A stretch of 64,000 nucleotides of DNA from a phage. The position numbers and the translations under genes are program-made. The notes beneath the pieces are model-generated. The model worked only from the letters and a program-made list of their open reading frames with translations. It was not told where the DNA came from and ran no database searches. Location: the sequence record PV730299.1; one strand, written 5' to 3'. Positions 36,175 to 45,071 of the stretch are shown piece after piece (the first letter of the stretch is position 1; each line of letters begins with the position of its first letter).

Positions 36175-38193
36175 TTAGAACACAACTTTCACAGTGCGGT
36201 TGAACGAACCGCTCACCTTCACGAACACGTGGTTACGTTGGGTGGTAGAGAAGCCCAGACCGGACAGCTGCTCAGTGCTTGGCTGTACTTTAATCTTACC
36301 ACCTAACATTTCAAAAACCTTGCGGTGTTTATCAAGTTCCGGCTTCAGATATTCGTTATAGAAACCACGGGTGCCGACAGGGTTAGCACAACCTTCCAGG
36401 ATGAAGAACACGTGCTTGTTGCCCGTCTGCTCGCCGTCCCAATGGTTTGGTGAGTTCAGAACCAGCTGTACCTTCTGGAAGACGGAGGTCTTGATGCCCC
36501 AGATTTCCTGAGAGCGAGCGTCGTCTTTCAGGGTAGAACTGATGTCAACCACCTGACCAGCGCGAACCTGAACCACAACAGCCAACGTGCGATCTTTGTT
36601 ACCCAAGCCAGGGTGTGAGAAGCGCTTAGTCTGACCTTTGTATTCAACTTCGATTTCGAAACCAACGTCACAGGTTTCACGCTTGTTGAAGTTGGTGACA
36701 TAGAACTCATAATTCCCGTCGCGCAGCTTGCTTTCATCGCTAAAGAAGATGTTCTCCACCGGACGGCGGTTTGGATCAATGCCGTCCATACCGTTCATGT
36801 CGATGTCCAGAGTTGCGCCAGTTGACGAACGACGGTTGCGAAAATATACGTGGTTGTGAAGAGGATCGTTCATGCTCAGATCCAGGTCGTCGTTGTTATG
36901 CCAAGCCAGTGACACACGGAGGAAACTGTCGACATTACCACCTGCGGTCTTCACGCGCTCTTTGATGGAGTCGGCCACTTCGCCATTGTACGACCAGCTG
37001 AAGCCGTTGTTCCACTTGAACAGGTTAGGAGCGCCTGCGGTGGCCGGAGCGATCAGGGACATCAGGTTGCCAATGTGAGAGTTTTCGACCAGCACTTCCA
37101 GGGAATGCGCCTTTGGCAACACGTTTGTCAGGAAGTCGTCGATCGTGATCTCTTCAACCTTGTCCAGGGACTTGGTCGGAGTCTTCACTTCAGACGCCAG
37201 CTGAGCAAACGGGTCCATCTTCTTCTGAGCTGCCAGATCGGCGAACAGAACGTTGTTGATGGTCAGATCGTCATACACGGCATAACGGCGACCCAGTGAA
37301 TCAGTCAGACCCAGCGCTTCGACTTCTTTCTGCGCGTTTTCAATCATCGACTTCGTGACCAGCGCGGTTGGGCGCTTGTAGTTCGTCGGAGCGACTTTGG
37401 CTTCAAAGGACTTCACGGCGGTTTCCAGATCCCGGCCTTCATTGAGGTCTACCAGCAGAGAGCCAATCACGGTATTACGAATGCCGTGAGGGGTATGACC
37501 GTTTGCACGGTAGCCAGTGCGCCAAGCCCACAGAGCGCGTTTCTCTTCTGCAGTTTGTTCGTACATGGTCTTGTTCACCACGAACGCCTGCACTGCCGCT
37601 TTGTGCTCTTCACCGCGATACAGAGAATTCTGGTCAATCAATTCCAGAACGATTTCAGCCGATTCCAGAGACAGTTCACGCAGGCCGCGCTCAAACACTT
37701 CAATCGCCTGGCGGATTTCACCCTTCTTAGAAGCGATGGTATCTGCCCGCAGAACATAGCTGCCCAGCAGGTCGGTGTGGAAGTGGTTGTAGGTGCGGAC
37801 AATACCATCTTTCATTTCGTGATTCGACTCAACACCAACTTTCTTGGTGTCGTTGAAGTACACGTCGACGATTGCGTGCTGCTTAACATACGCTGACAGC
37901 GCCGCAGCGACAACGTCGTATTCGTTACCCAGCTGAATGTTATCCCAGATAGAGATCACGTTCAGGTCGGCGTCGATGGTGACCACACCGCCGATGTTAC
38001 GGATGAATTGTTTACAGCAGGTGCAGTCGTGCTCGGTACGCTCACGGTAGAGCGGGTTGGTACCAGCAGGAAAAGAAGACAGATACAGATCCCACAGAGC
38101 ATCTTTATCGATGTTGGTCATGAACAGACCAGTTGCTGACATGGCTAGCACGTTGTTGTTAACAGCTACTGCGAAGGGCTTAAATTCTGACAT
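36175..38193 (-). CDS. large hypothetical protein (672 aa)
   Basis: Uninterrupted ORF with SD AGGAAGACTACACC-ATG; no polymerase, ligase or helicase motifs found by eye. Confidence 0.7.
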   Translation of the reverse strand: MSEFKPFAVAVNNNVLAMSATGLFMTNIDKDALWDLYLSSFPAGTNPLYRERTEHDCTCCKQFIRNIGGVVTIDADLNVISIWDNIQLGNEYDVVAAALSAYVKQHAIVDVYFNDTKKVGVESNHEMKDGIVRTYNHFHTDLLGSYVLRADTIASKKGEIRQAIEVFERGLRELSLESAEIVLELIDQNSLYRGEEHKAAVQAFVVNKTMYEQTAEEKRALWAWRTGYRANGHTPHGIRNTVIGSLLVDLNEGRDLETAVKSFEAKVAPTNYKRPTALVTKSMIENAQKEVEALGLTDSLGRRYAVYDDLTINNVLFADLAAQKKMDPFAQLASEVKTPTKSLDKVEEITIDDFLTNVLPKAHSLEVLVENSHIGNLMSLIAPATAGAPNLFKWNNGFSWSYNGEVADSIKERVKTAGGNVDSFLRVSLAWHNNDDLDLSMNDPLHNHVYFRNRRSSTGATLDIDMNGMDGIDPNRRPVENIFFSDESKLRDGNYEFYVTNFNKRETCDVGFEIEVEYKGQTKRFSHPGLGNKDRTLAVVVQVRAGQVVDISSTLKDDARSQEIWGIKTSVFQKVQLVLNSPNHWDGEQTGNKHVFFILEGCANPVGTRGFYNEYLKPELDKHRKVFEMLGGKIKVQPSTEQLSGLGFSTTQRNHVFVKVSGSFNRTVKVVF

Positions 38194-38533
38194 GGTGTAG
38201 TCTTCCTGTTTCAGTTCAAATGTGCGCCCCGTTTGCCAGGGCGCTTCGTTTAAGTGAGGTCAATAATACGTTGAAAAGAGTTATTGAAGAACGAAGTAAA
38301 GGGAATCTTTATTCAGACGATCTTACCGCCGTCACAAGGCCGAGTATCACCGGAGTTGTATGCCAACATCCCCTGCATCAACAAACGTCTTGGCCCAGAA
38401 ACTGATTTCTGTTTCCTCAACGTACTACAAAACCGAGTAGTGCCTGGGTAAGGAGTGTACACGAGACGTCCTTCCATACGGGCTTTCAGAAGAAACTCAT
38501 CAGTCGCTTTACGCAGTTTGAACAATTTCCAGC

Positions 38534-39463
38534 TCATTTCTCACCCTTGTATCTTTTTAACCATTTGACGCATTTTAATGGTTCCCACCCTTTATTGAAA
38601 CGTTCGATTATCCCACTGGTGGCATTAAACGCCTTCAGATCTTTTGTTCCGTACACATGCATGAGGGCTTCTGAACGTTTCATCGTTTTCAGGGCTTCAA
38701 GGAATTGATCAGCTTTCTCCCAATATACGTCATTGTCGGGGTTCCATTTACCCTTCTCCCAAGGCATCTTAGCCAACATGCCTTTCTGAGCGTTTTCTTT
38801 CTGTTTGGCGCGTTGCTCTGGTGTGAATGAGTTGGTTAAGTCCTTCCCATAATTGGGATTGAGTTCCCCCAGTTTAGCTTTCCTGGCACATTCAGAAAAT
38901 TGTTCTAAATCCATGTTGGCGCGGCGTTTCTCTAAAACCCGCCTTTTATATTCAGGATCAGAAGCCATCCTTTCATGGATTTTCATCAATCCTTTGGTAA
39001 TTTTCTTGACTTGCTCTGGGGTTCTCTTATACCCATATTGGGGATTATTCTTTCCTCTTCTCCCATACATTGGGTTGTCTTTACCCACAAACCGAGAAAC
39101 CCCTTTCCATTGTAAAGACAGTTGTTCGCTGAATTTAATTCTGAAACGTTCATACAAATGAGAATTAAACCGAATACCTGATTTATTTCTTCTTCCTCCC
39201 TTTCTCATAGCTACCACAGCATACACCATTCTCGTGTTTGGGAAAGCCAAGGCCAAGCATACATGGACAAGATAATGTTGTCTGCCTGTTAATCGAACCA
39301 AATTTATCTTATCTTTAGAATATTCAGGGAACATGCTCTTGGGAAGGATGTGGTGCAATTCAGTGTAGTCACCATCAGAATATTTGAAAGATTGAATCAT
39401 CCTCAAATACTTCTTGATAAAATGCGGTTTACCGCCTTTAGAAATCAATAATTCGTAAAACAT
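38534..39463 (-). CDS. HNH homing endonuclease with NUMOD3-like repeats (free-standing mobile gene)
   Basis: 309 aa; HNH core TELHHILPKS; repeated NPMYGRRGKNNPQYGYKRTPE / LNPNYGKDLT modules; gene and flanks are markedly AT-richer than neighbours. Confidence 0.8.
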   Translation of the reverse strand: MFYELLISKGGKPHFIKKYLRMIQSFKYSDGDYTELHHILPKSMFPEYSKDKINLVRLTGRQHYLVHVCLALAFPNTRMVYAVVAMRKGGRRNKSGIRFNSHLYERFRIKFSEQLSLQWKGVSRFVGKDNPMYGRRGKNNPQYGYKRTPEQVKKITKGLMKIHERMASDPEYKRRVLEKRRANMDLEQFSECARKAKLGELNPNYGKDLTNSFTPEQRAKQKENAQKGMLAKMPWEKGKWNPDNDVYWEKADQFLEALKTMKRSEALMHVYGTKDLKAFNATSGIIERFNKGWEPLKCVKWLKRYKGEK

Positions 39464-39522
39464 AACAGGAACTCCAAATGAAAGTTCCTGTTATAATATA
39501 CTTTCTTAATTCACAAAGTAAG

Positions 39523-40719
39523 TTACTTTTTAAATAAATTTAGTAGGTTTTTAGAACCAGATGTCGCCGCTTTGGGTTGTCCTTCCCCATTGTATCCAAC
39601 CTTCCCGCGCGGTTTTTTACCTTGCTGTATGGCCTCTACACAACGGGTATATTTCGACAATTCACAAAAGTGGTTTTCTAACTGTTGAACATTCATACAC
39701 TGATCCCAAGGCTCTTCCGCAGACCAGAATTGCTCACGAACATACCCATATTGGGAATACACCGCGTCCTGATTGTCCCGCAACCAGAAGATGCATTCTT
39801 CATGCGTCATGCCATCTTTGTCCTGGAACATCAGATCAATCCCTGCGCGACAGCCTGGTCCAGCAACCGTGAAGTGGTTCTCACTGAAAGGATATCCAGG
39901 AATGTAAGTGAAGTCTACCCAGATCTGATAGGCCAGGAATGGACCAAGCCCTTCGATGTCGTCATACATGCGCTGGTATACTTCCAAAGGAGTACCAAGG
40001 CGCAGCAGGTCATGGAAATAATTTGGATACTTGTTGACGAATGCCTTCAGGGAGCGGATGACACGCATTGGCATGTACGGTTCCCAACCTTCGATGGTGT
40101 AGAAGTCCGGCTCTGCTTCGGCTATCGCCTTGGCTTCTTTATAATCCATGTTCTGGGTTGAACCGTCTTTACAGATCAGATTCACCATCATCCCACCGAA
40201 GCACTGCTCCTTGTGGTTGACAACCATCTCAGGGAAAGCCAGGCATTGCTTCAGGCCGCCCGTGTTGAAGGCATTGGTGAATACCTTACCACCGTCGGCC
40301 TCGAACTTCTGAAGTCGTTCGCGGGTTGCATCGAGGTTGATCTCGGCGAATTCTTTGATCGTCATCGCGCCGCCGATAGCCTGGATTGGATCCCAGAGGT
40401 TGAACATGCGGAACAACACGCAGTTGAACATCTTGTCGGCCATACTCAGAGCATCGTTGTTGACGATGTTGTTGATCAGGTTGAGAGATTGCCTGTCGTG
40501 CTCTCTCCGGACATTACAGAACTTGACCTGCCGTAGTATGGGATTATCAGTCCAAGGAGCAGGAAGGCGCTGGACGTCCTTCTTGACGTGGATCTGATAA
40601 CGATCGCGCATCCATTCGTAAGACAGGCGGGTATGGGTCGGACTGAGAACCGGTTTGGCCGACTTTATCTTTTCTTCACGGACACCGCAGTACGGGACGT
40701 CCAGGGCTTTATCTTTCAT
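39523..40719 (-). CDS. hypothetical protein (398 aa)
   Basis: Uninterrupted ORF; SD AAGAGGATACC-ATG; no family recognised. Confidence 0.65.
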   Translation of the reverse strand: MKDKALDVPYCGVREEKIKSAKPVLSPTHTRLSYEWMRDRYQIHVKKDVQRLPAPWTDNPILRQVKFCNVRREHDRQSLNLINNIVNNDALSMADKMFNCVLFRMFNLWDPIQAIGGAMTIKEFAEINLDATRERLQKFEADGGKVFTNAFNTGGLKQCLAFPEMVVNHKEQCFGGMMVNLICKDGSTQNMDYKEAKAIAEAEPDFYTIEGWEPYMPMRVIRSLKAFVNKYPNYFHDLLRLGTPLEVYQRMYDDIEGLGPFLAYQIWVDFTYIPGYPFSENHFTVAGPGCRAGIDLMFQDKDGMTHEECIFWLRDNQDAVYSQYGYVREQFWSAEEPWDQCMNVQQLENHFCELSKYTRCVEAIQQGKKPRGKVGYNGEGQPKAATSGSKNLLNLFKK

Positions 40720-40730
40720 GGTATCCTCTT

Positions 40731-40765
40731 AGAATACGAAAACAGAGGCCATTATAGCCTCTGTT
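40731..40765 (-). terminator. rho-independent terminator
   Basis: Hairpin AACAGAGGC-N7-GCCTCTGTT followed by TTTCGTATTC on the minus-strand transcript. Confidence 0.6.
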
Positions 40766-40787
40766 GTTTAGTGAATAACCGTATATC

Positions 40788-41660
40788 TTAATCGATACGT
40801 GTCAGTTGGGTGATAGATGATTGCACTGGGCTGGCCACATAGATACGGACGTTGGCTTTCCATTCACCCCAGATCAACGGTAGAGTTGGGAAGTTGTCTT
40901 CATTGAAAACAAACACGGGAATGTAGCTCTCGACTGTTTCGCCAGAGAACGCCTGGAAGCCCATCTTGGTGTATCCCATGATCTCGTCAATAAAATCGAA
41001 CGGAGCGAAGGCAACACCAGCGTGTTCGTTAGAACCGAGCTGGCCTGGAATGGCCGTGCCCGTCAGAATGATTTCGGTGATCTGGCGCTTAGGCTCGGTG
41101 GTCAACATATCAGAGAAGTCAGGCTCTTTGAAGGTTGCCATGTTCTTCAGGAACTTGCCAGCCGGGTACTCTTTGCCGTCGACGGTGATGGTGTCTACCA
41201 CTTTGATGCACGCCTGAGGGAATTCCCCTTCGATGCGTAGACTTTCGCGTGGGAAGCCTTTGTTGTAGTAGTAATCCAGTGCAGGCACAACTTCACCTTC
41301 ATTACGGATGAACTTGCTCATGTTAGAGGCATACACGCGCTGTAGGCATTCGTCACCGTCGAAACCAGCAATATGAGCCACGCCGTCGTTGACTGTTGTG
41401 ATGTCACCCTGGGCATCCATGATCTGGCGCATAATGTCTTTGATGTCGACAACAACGGGTTCTTTCAGGACTCGAGGAGATGCGGCGAACTCAATTTTCA
41501 CCTCGTGGTCGAAATACGCCGCTTCTAGCAGTTCACGAGTTTCTTCCAGCACCAGTTTCGCCTGATTGCGGATCTTACCAAAGTCGGGCGATGTGACGTC
41601 GCCCTTTGCATTACCGAAAGCCAGATTCAGATTCACGTTCTTAGAAAATGTAGTTGTCAT
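40788..41660 (-). CDS. hypothetical protein (290 aa)
   Basis: Uninterrupted ORF between regA and the 398-aa gene; no family recognised. Confidence 0.65.
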   Translation of the reverse strand: MTTTFSKNVNLNLAFGNAKGDVTSPDFGKIRNQAKLVLEETRELLEAAYFDHEVKIEFAASPRVLKEPVVVDIKDIMRQIMDAQGDITTVNDGVAHIAGFDGDECLQRVYASNMSKFIRNEGEVVPALDYYYNKGFPRESLRIEGEFPQACIKVVDTITVDGKEYPAGKFLKNMATFKEPDFSDMLTTEPKRQITEIILTGTAIPGQLGSNEHAGVAFAPFDFIDEIMGYTKMGFQAFSGETVESYIPVFVFNEDNFPTLPLIWGEWKANVRIYVASPVQSSITQLTRID

Positions 41661-41676
41661 GATTTAGCGACTCCAG

Positions 41677-42141
41677 TTATTCGCTTTTTGCCTTTGTAGG
41701 CCGGATGATGTATTTTGGAACCAGTTTCCATTCAGGAACCTGATCGTGTTTAACCACTTTAATGCGAGACATATCGGCTGCTTCAGTGACCTGCTCAGGA
41801 TGAATGACCTTCACCATGTTCCACTGCTCCAGCAGCTTGATGATTCGGTTCATCCTCAGGACATCTTCGCGGTTAAATCCGTTGTAATGCCCGTCCAGCA
41901 TAAATAGATGCTTAAAGTGGACGATATAATACTTGCCACACTTATGAAGAATATGGCAAGTCTGATACAGAGTATTCGGCTCTTGGCGCGTGTTTACCCC
42001 AATTCGACTCAGTGTTTCCTTGATCCCCAGGAATATACCTGGCCGATCTTGGTTCAATTGAACTTCAACCATACAATCAACGATGCTGGCCTCATCGTTG
42101 ACTGCTGAAATATTCAATATGTCTAGCGTATTACGCGCCAT
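41677..42141 (-). CDS. regA: translational repressor RegA-like
   Basis: LYQTCHILHKCGKYYIVHFKHL and PEWKLVPKYIIRP parallel T4 RegA (LYQSCHILQKKGLYYIVHFKEM, HEWKLVPKYTIGN); the ORF carries about 23 extra N-terminal residues relative to T4, true start may be the internal ATG near 42072. Confidence 0.7.
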   Translation of the reverse strand: MARNTLDILNISAVNDEASIVDCMVEVQLNQDRPGIFLGIKETLSRIGVNTRQEPNTLYQTCHILHKCGKYYIVHFKHLFMLDGHYNGFNREDVLRMNRIIKLLEQWNMVKVIHPEQVTEAADMSRIKVVKHDQVPEWKLVPKYIIRPTKAKSE

Positions 42142-42170
42142 GACTCATTCCCCTTTTACAATAGTTTGAA

Positions 42171-42593
42171 CTATTTAGCCTTGCGCGGTTTCGCTTTGGC
42201 GTTCAGCTCAGTGCGTCTCATCTTCTCGCGTATCTCGGCCAGGACTTCCTTCGGCAAGAAACGGACGTACTCCGATGCCTTCTCCATGCTGATGTAGAAG
42301 TACTCTGAGAGTAACTTCACGTCAGGATCAATCGGACCTTTCTTAGACCATTTGTCGTAGCGTTTCCGAGCCGGAATGGTGTAAAAGGCATATGACCATT
42401 GCATCCATGGAGTGATAGCATGTAGCTTATTCATCTGTTGCGCAGCCACTAGAGTGTCTTTGCTCTGAGCTAAACCACGCCGCGTCATAAACGGGTCGAA
42501 TCCTTTCAACACTTCTGGGTCATCAGACCGCAAAAGGTTTTCTTTGCTGCTGTTCAGAGCAGCCAGGTAATCGAACAATCCAAGGGCGGCCAT
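42171..42593 (-). CDS. 62: clamp loader small subunit, T4 gp62-like
   Basis: IPARKRYDKWSK parallels T4 gp62 VPRGKRYGKWAK; located directly downstream of the gp44 homologue; start taken at MAALGLF. Confidence 0.6.
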   Translation of the reverse strand: MAALGLFDYLAALNSSKENLLRSDDPEVLKGFDPFMTRRGLAQSKDTLVAAQQMNKLHAITPWMQWSYAFYTIPARKRYDKWSKKGPIDPDVKLLSEYFYISMEKASEYVRFLPKEVLAEIREKMRRTELNAKAKPRKAK

Positions 42594-42597
42594 AATA

Positions 42598-43587
42598 TCA
42601 CTTCCACTTGATGTTGAGCATGACATTGGTCAGGAAAAACACAGCATGCAGCCAGACATCGCCGACTTGACGGTGTTCAATCTGAGACTGACCACATACA
42701 CACACCAGATCAGGAATAGACTCATTCTGGACCAACATTTGCTTCTCTTTATCCTGTGGTACACAGAACTGGAAGAAGCGGGAATAGAAGTCTTCAGTGA
42801 TATAGTTCTGGTTGTCGGTCACCCACTGCTTCATCCCAGCCCAGTCATTATCCTTCAACATATTCACCAACATGCCCATATCGGCCGATTTTAACACAGC
42901 CAGTGCACGTTCGTCGATCTTGCCGTAAGTGGTGACGTTATCCTGTAGAACACCCATGATGCGGCGGTTATCAGGGAAATGGCGCTTGACAATAGCAGCC
43001 AACACAGGAGGGTCATACTCAACACCTTCGCAGCGAAGGATTTCAGCACAGCGGCGCATGAACTGAAGTTTGACCTCATCAGCCTCGGTCTCATTCCAGA
43101 TAAAGTCGATTTCACGGCAACGAGAGCGCAGAGGTTCGTTCACACGTTGCTTGGCGTTGGTGGTCAAGATGAATGAACAGTTCTTGGAGACCTTCTCCAC
43201 AATACCCTTCAGCGACTCCTGTGCCGCCATAGACAGACGCTCTACTTCGTCGAGGATAACGACTTTGCGGCCACCGAATACGCTCACACCAGTAGAGTAC
43301 TGAATCACGCGGTCACGGATAACGTCGATGCTGTTGTCCAGGGATGCGTTGATCATCAGTGGTTGCTTACAACCGATTTCATTACACACGGCCAGGGCGG
43401 AGGTAGTCTTGCCAGTACCAGGCTGAGGAGAGTAGAACAGCATAGACGGGATGTTGCCGTTGCCGCTGGTGATGTAGCCATGGATTTTAGCGCGGACGTC
43501 TTGAGGGATGATAATCTCGTCCAGGTTGTCAGGGCGGTACTTGTTTTCCCATGCGTACTGGTCGGAAACGATAGTGATATTAGACAT
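42598..43587 (-). CDS. 44: clamp loader large subunit, T4 gp44-like (AAA+ RFC-like ATPase)
   Basis: 329 aa; WENKYRPDNLDEII, Walker A GTGKTT, Walker B ILDEVE, SRC-like SRCREI. Confidence 0.9.
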   Translation of the reverse strand: MSNITIVSDQYAWENKYRPDNLDEIIIPQDVRAKIHGYITSGNGNIPSMLFYSPQPGTGKTTSALAVCNEIGCKQPLMINASLDNSIDVIRDRVIQYSTGVSVFGGRKVVILDEVERLSMAAQESLKGIVEKVSKNCSFILTTNAKQRVNEPLRSRCREIDFIWNETEADEVKLQFMRRCAEILRCEGVEYDPPVLAAIVKRHFPDNRRIMGVLQDNVTTYGKIDERALAVLKSADMGMLVNMLKDNDWAGMKQWVTDNQNYITEDFYSRFFQFCVPQDKEKQMLVQNESIPDLVCVCGQSQIEHRQVGDVWLHAVFFLTNVMLNIKWK

Positions 43588-43669
43588 TTTCAGCCTCGTG
43601 TAGAAGAATCATTTCAAATAGGCGGGGAACGCCCCCGCCCACACATTATAGCATCAGGCTGGAGATTGA

Positions 43670-44338
43670 TTACTCAATCTGTGCGCCGACGAAGTAATTG
43701 ATCGTCGCGTCGGATGATTGGAAGTTCACCATCTGTAGATCAGCACAGGCACGCAGAGTGTAGTTGCCTTCGATCATTTTCAGGTTGGCAACATCCAGCG
43801 GCATTACGAAGTCCGGCAGCGCGGTTTCGCCCAGCTCAACAGTGTAGTTGTTGGAGTTGTCCAGGGTAGTGGTGGTTGCAACCAGGCGTGTTTTGCCACC
43901 CTGAGCAACCAGGCGCACAGTCTTGTGTCCGAGGGTAGAACAGGCGCGGGTCAGTTCTTTCATCTTCTCTGGAGTGATGATCGCTTCAAAGTCAACAGAC
44001 GGCAGTTCAATAGTATCAGCCGGGACAACCGTGAGTTCTTTAGCAGAACGCCAGAATTGCAGCTGAGAGCTTTCGCCTTTCAACAGGATGTAGTCCTGAT
44101 GGAATTCGGCTTTGGCACCTTTGAAGGAAGGTAGGCGCTGGATGGCCAGAAGTTTGGTCAGGTCCAGAATCGGGAACTCAAACGGGAAGTCTTCTTCGAT
44201 CTGCGCCACGGCGATCACAGTAGAAGAATCATTAATACTGCGCAGCATCTTACCCGGTGTCAGAACGATAGATGGGTTGATGGTCTCAAAGTTGGCCAGC
44301 AACTGAAGTGTACGTTCGGAGAGAGTGATCTCTTGCAT
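43670..44338 (-). CDS. 45: sliding clamp, T4 gp45-like
   Basis: 222 aa; N-terminal LQLLANFETIN resembles T4 gp45 LLKNFATIN; synteny 45-44-62-regA as in T4. Confidence 0.85.
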   Translation of the reverse strand: MQEITLSERTLQLLANFETINPSIVLTPGKMLRSINDSSTVIAVAQIEEDFPFEFPILDLTKLLAIQRLPSFKGAKAEFHQDYILLKGESSQLQFWRSAKELTVVPADTIELPSVDFEAIITPEKMKELTRACSTLGHKTVRLVAQGGKTRLVATTTTLDNSNNYTVELGETALPDFVMPLDVANLKMIEGNYTLRACADLQMVNFQSSDATINYFVGAQIE

Positions 44339-44470
44339 TTGTATGTATCCTCAAAATATAGTGGGGGTTCAAGTCATGTTTGACGCAATCTAGTATCGCT
44401 GTGTTTTGCTTATAGAACAAGTGGCAAATTGCGCTACGCGTTATTAATAAATGCCTTCGGCATTTATGGA

Positions 44471-44516
44471 CTTTATTAAAGATAATAACCTTTATTAAAG
44501 ATAATAATCTTTATTA
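44471..44516. repeat. tandem direct repeats (about 19-bp unit TTTATTAAAGATAATAAYC, 2.4 copies) in a 360-bp AT-rich divergent intergenic region
   Basis: Read directly: tttattaaagataataacc tttattaaagataataatc tttattaa; adjacent hairpin AAATGCC-TTCG-GGCATTT at about 44448-44464. Confidence 0.6.
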
Positions 44517-44699
44517 ATCCTATTCGCTTCGCTCATAAAACAAATACTCGTTGTTCGCTAACGCTCACAACTCGTATAATACCACGCCATTGTTCAACAA
44601 GAAAGCAGTTTTTATTCAACAGCAAAAATAATTTATTTGGTCTAAACATGCACGCGAAATAATATGTATGTCATGTTAACCAACACACGAGAGTAATAT

Positions 44700-45071
44700 A
44701 TGAAACAGTTCGTAGGATTATACGCAGTCGGGTGTAGTAAGCCAGACGCCAACCTCACCACAGGTCAATTTATCACAGGCACCCCAGTTTATCTGACACA
44801 GCTGGCGTCAGACAAGAACTTACCATCGGAGCCGCGATTTGTCCCTCTGGGTTTGATGACAGGCCTGAAAGTTGGTCTGTATGTCGGTGTGGTGACGTTT
44901 GAAAATGGCGTCGAAGCGAAAGTTCTGCCATTCAAATTGGGCAGCGAAGAAATGCTGAAGGATACGATCAGTGAACACCTGAACGCACAATGTCTGGCTT
45001 CTCTGGACAAATTGTTCGGTGTAGTAACTGATGAAGGCGAGGCCACCCCCGCCTATGTGAATCAAGATTAA
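44700..45071 (+). CDS. hypothetical protein
   Basis: 123-aa plus-strand ORF, SD GAGAG, divergent from gene 45 and convergent with uvsW. Confidence 0.55.
   Translation: MKQFVGLYAVGCSKPDANLTTGQFITGTPVYLTQLASDKNLPSEPRFVPLGLMTGLKVGLYVGVVTFENGVEAKVLPFKLGSEEMLKDTISEHLNAQCLASLDKLFGVVTDEGEATPAYVNQD

Noticed and set aside
36175-38193. Possibility that the 672-aa and 747-aa proteins are halves of a split DNA polymerase (gene 43 follows regA in T4)
   Set aside because: No exonuclease or polymerase motifs (FDIE, DxxSLYPS, YGDTDS) are present in either protein
38313-38537. 74-aa ORF overlapping the HNH endonuclease stop
   Set aside because: No recognisable SD and biased composition; kept only as a possible part of the mobile cassette, not called as a gene
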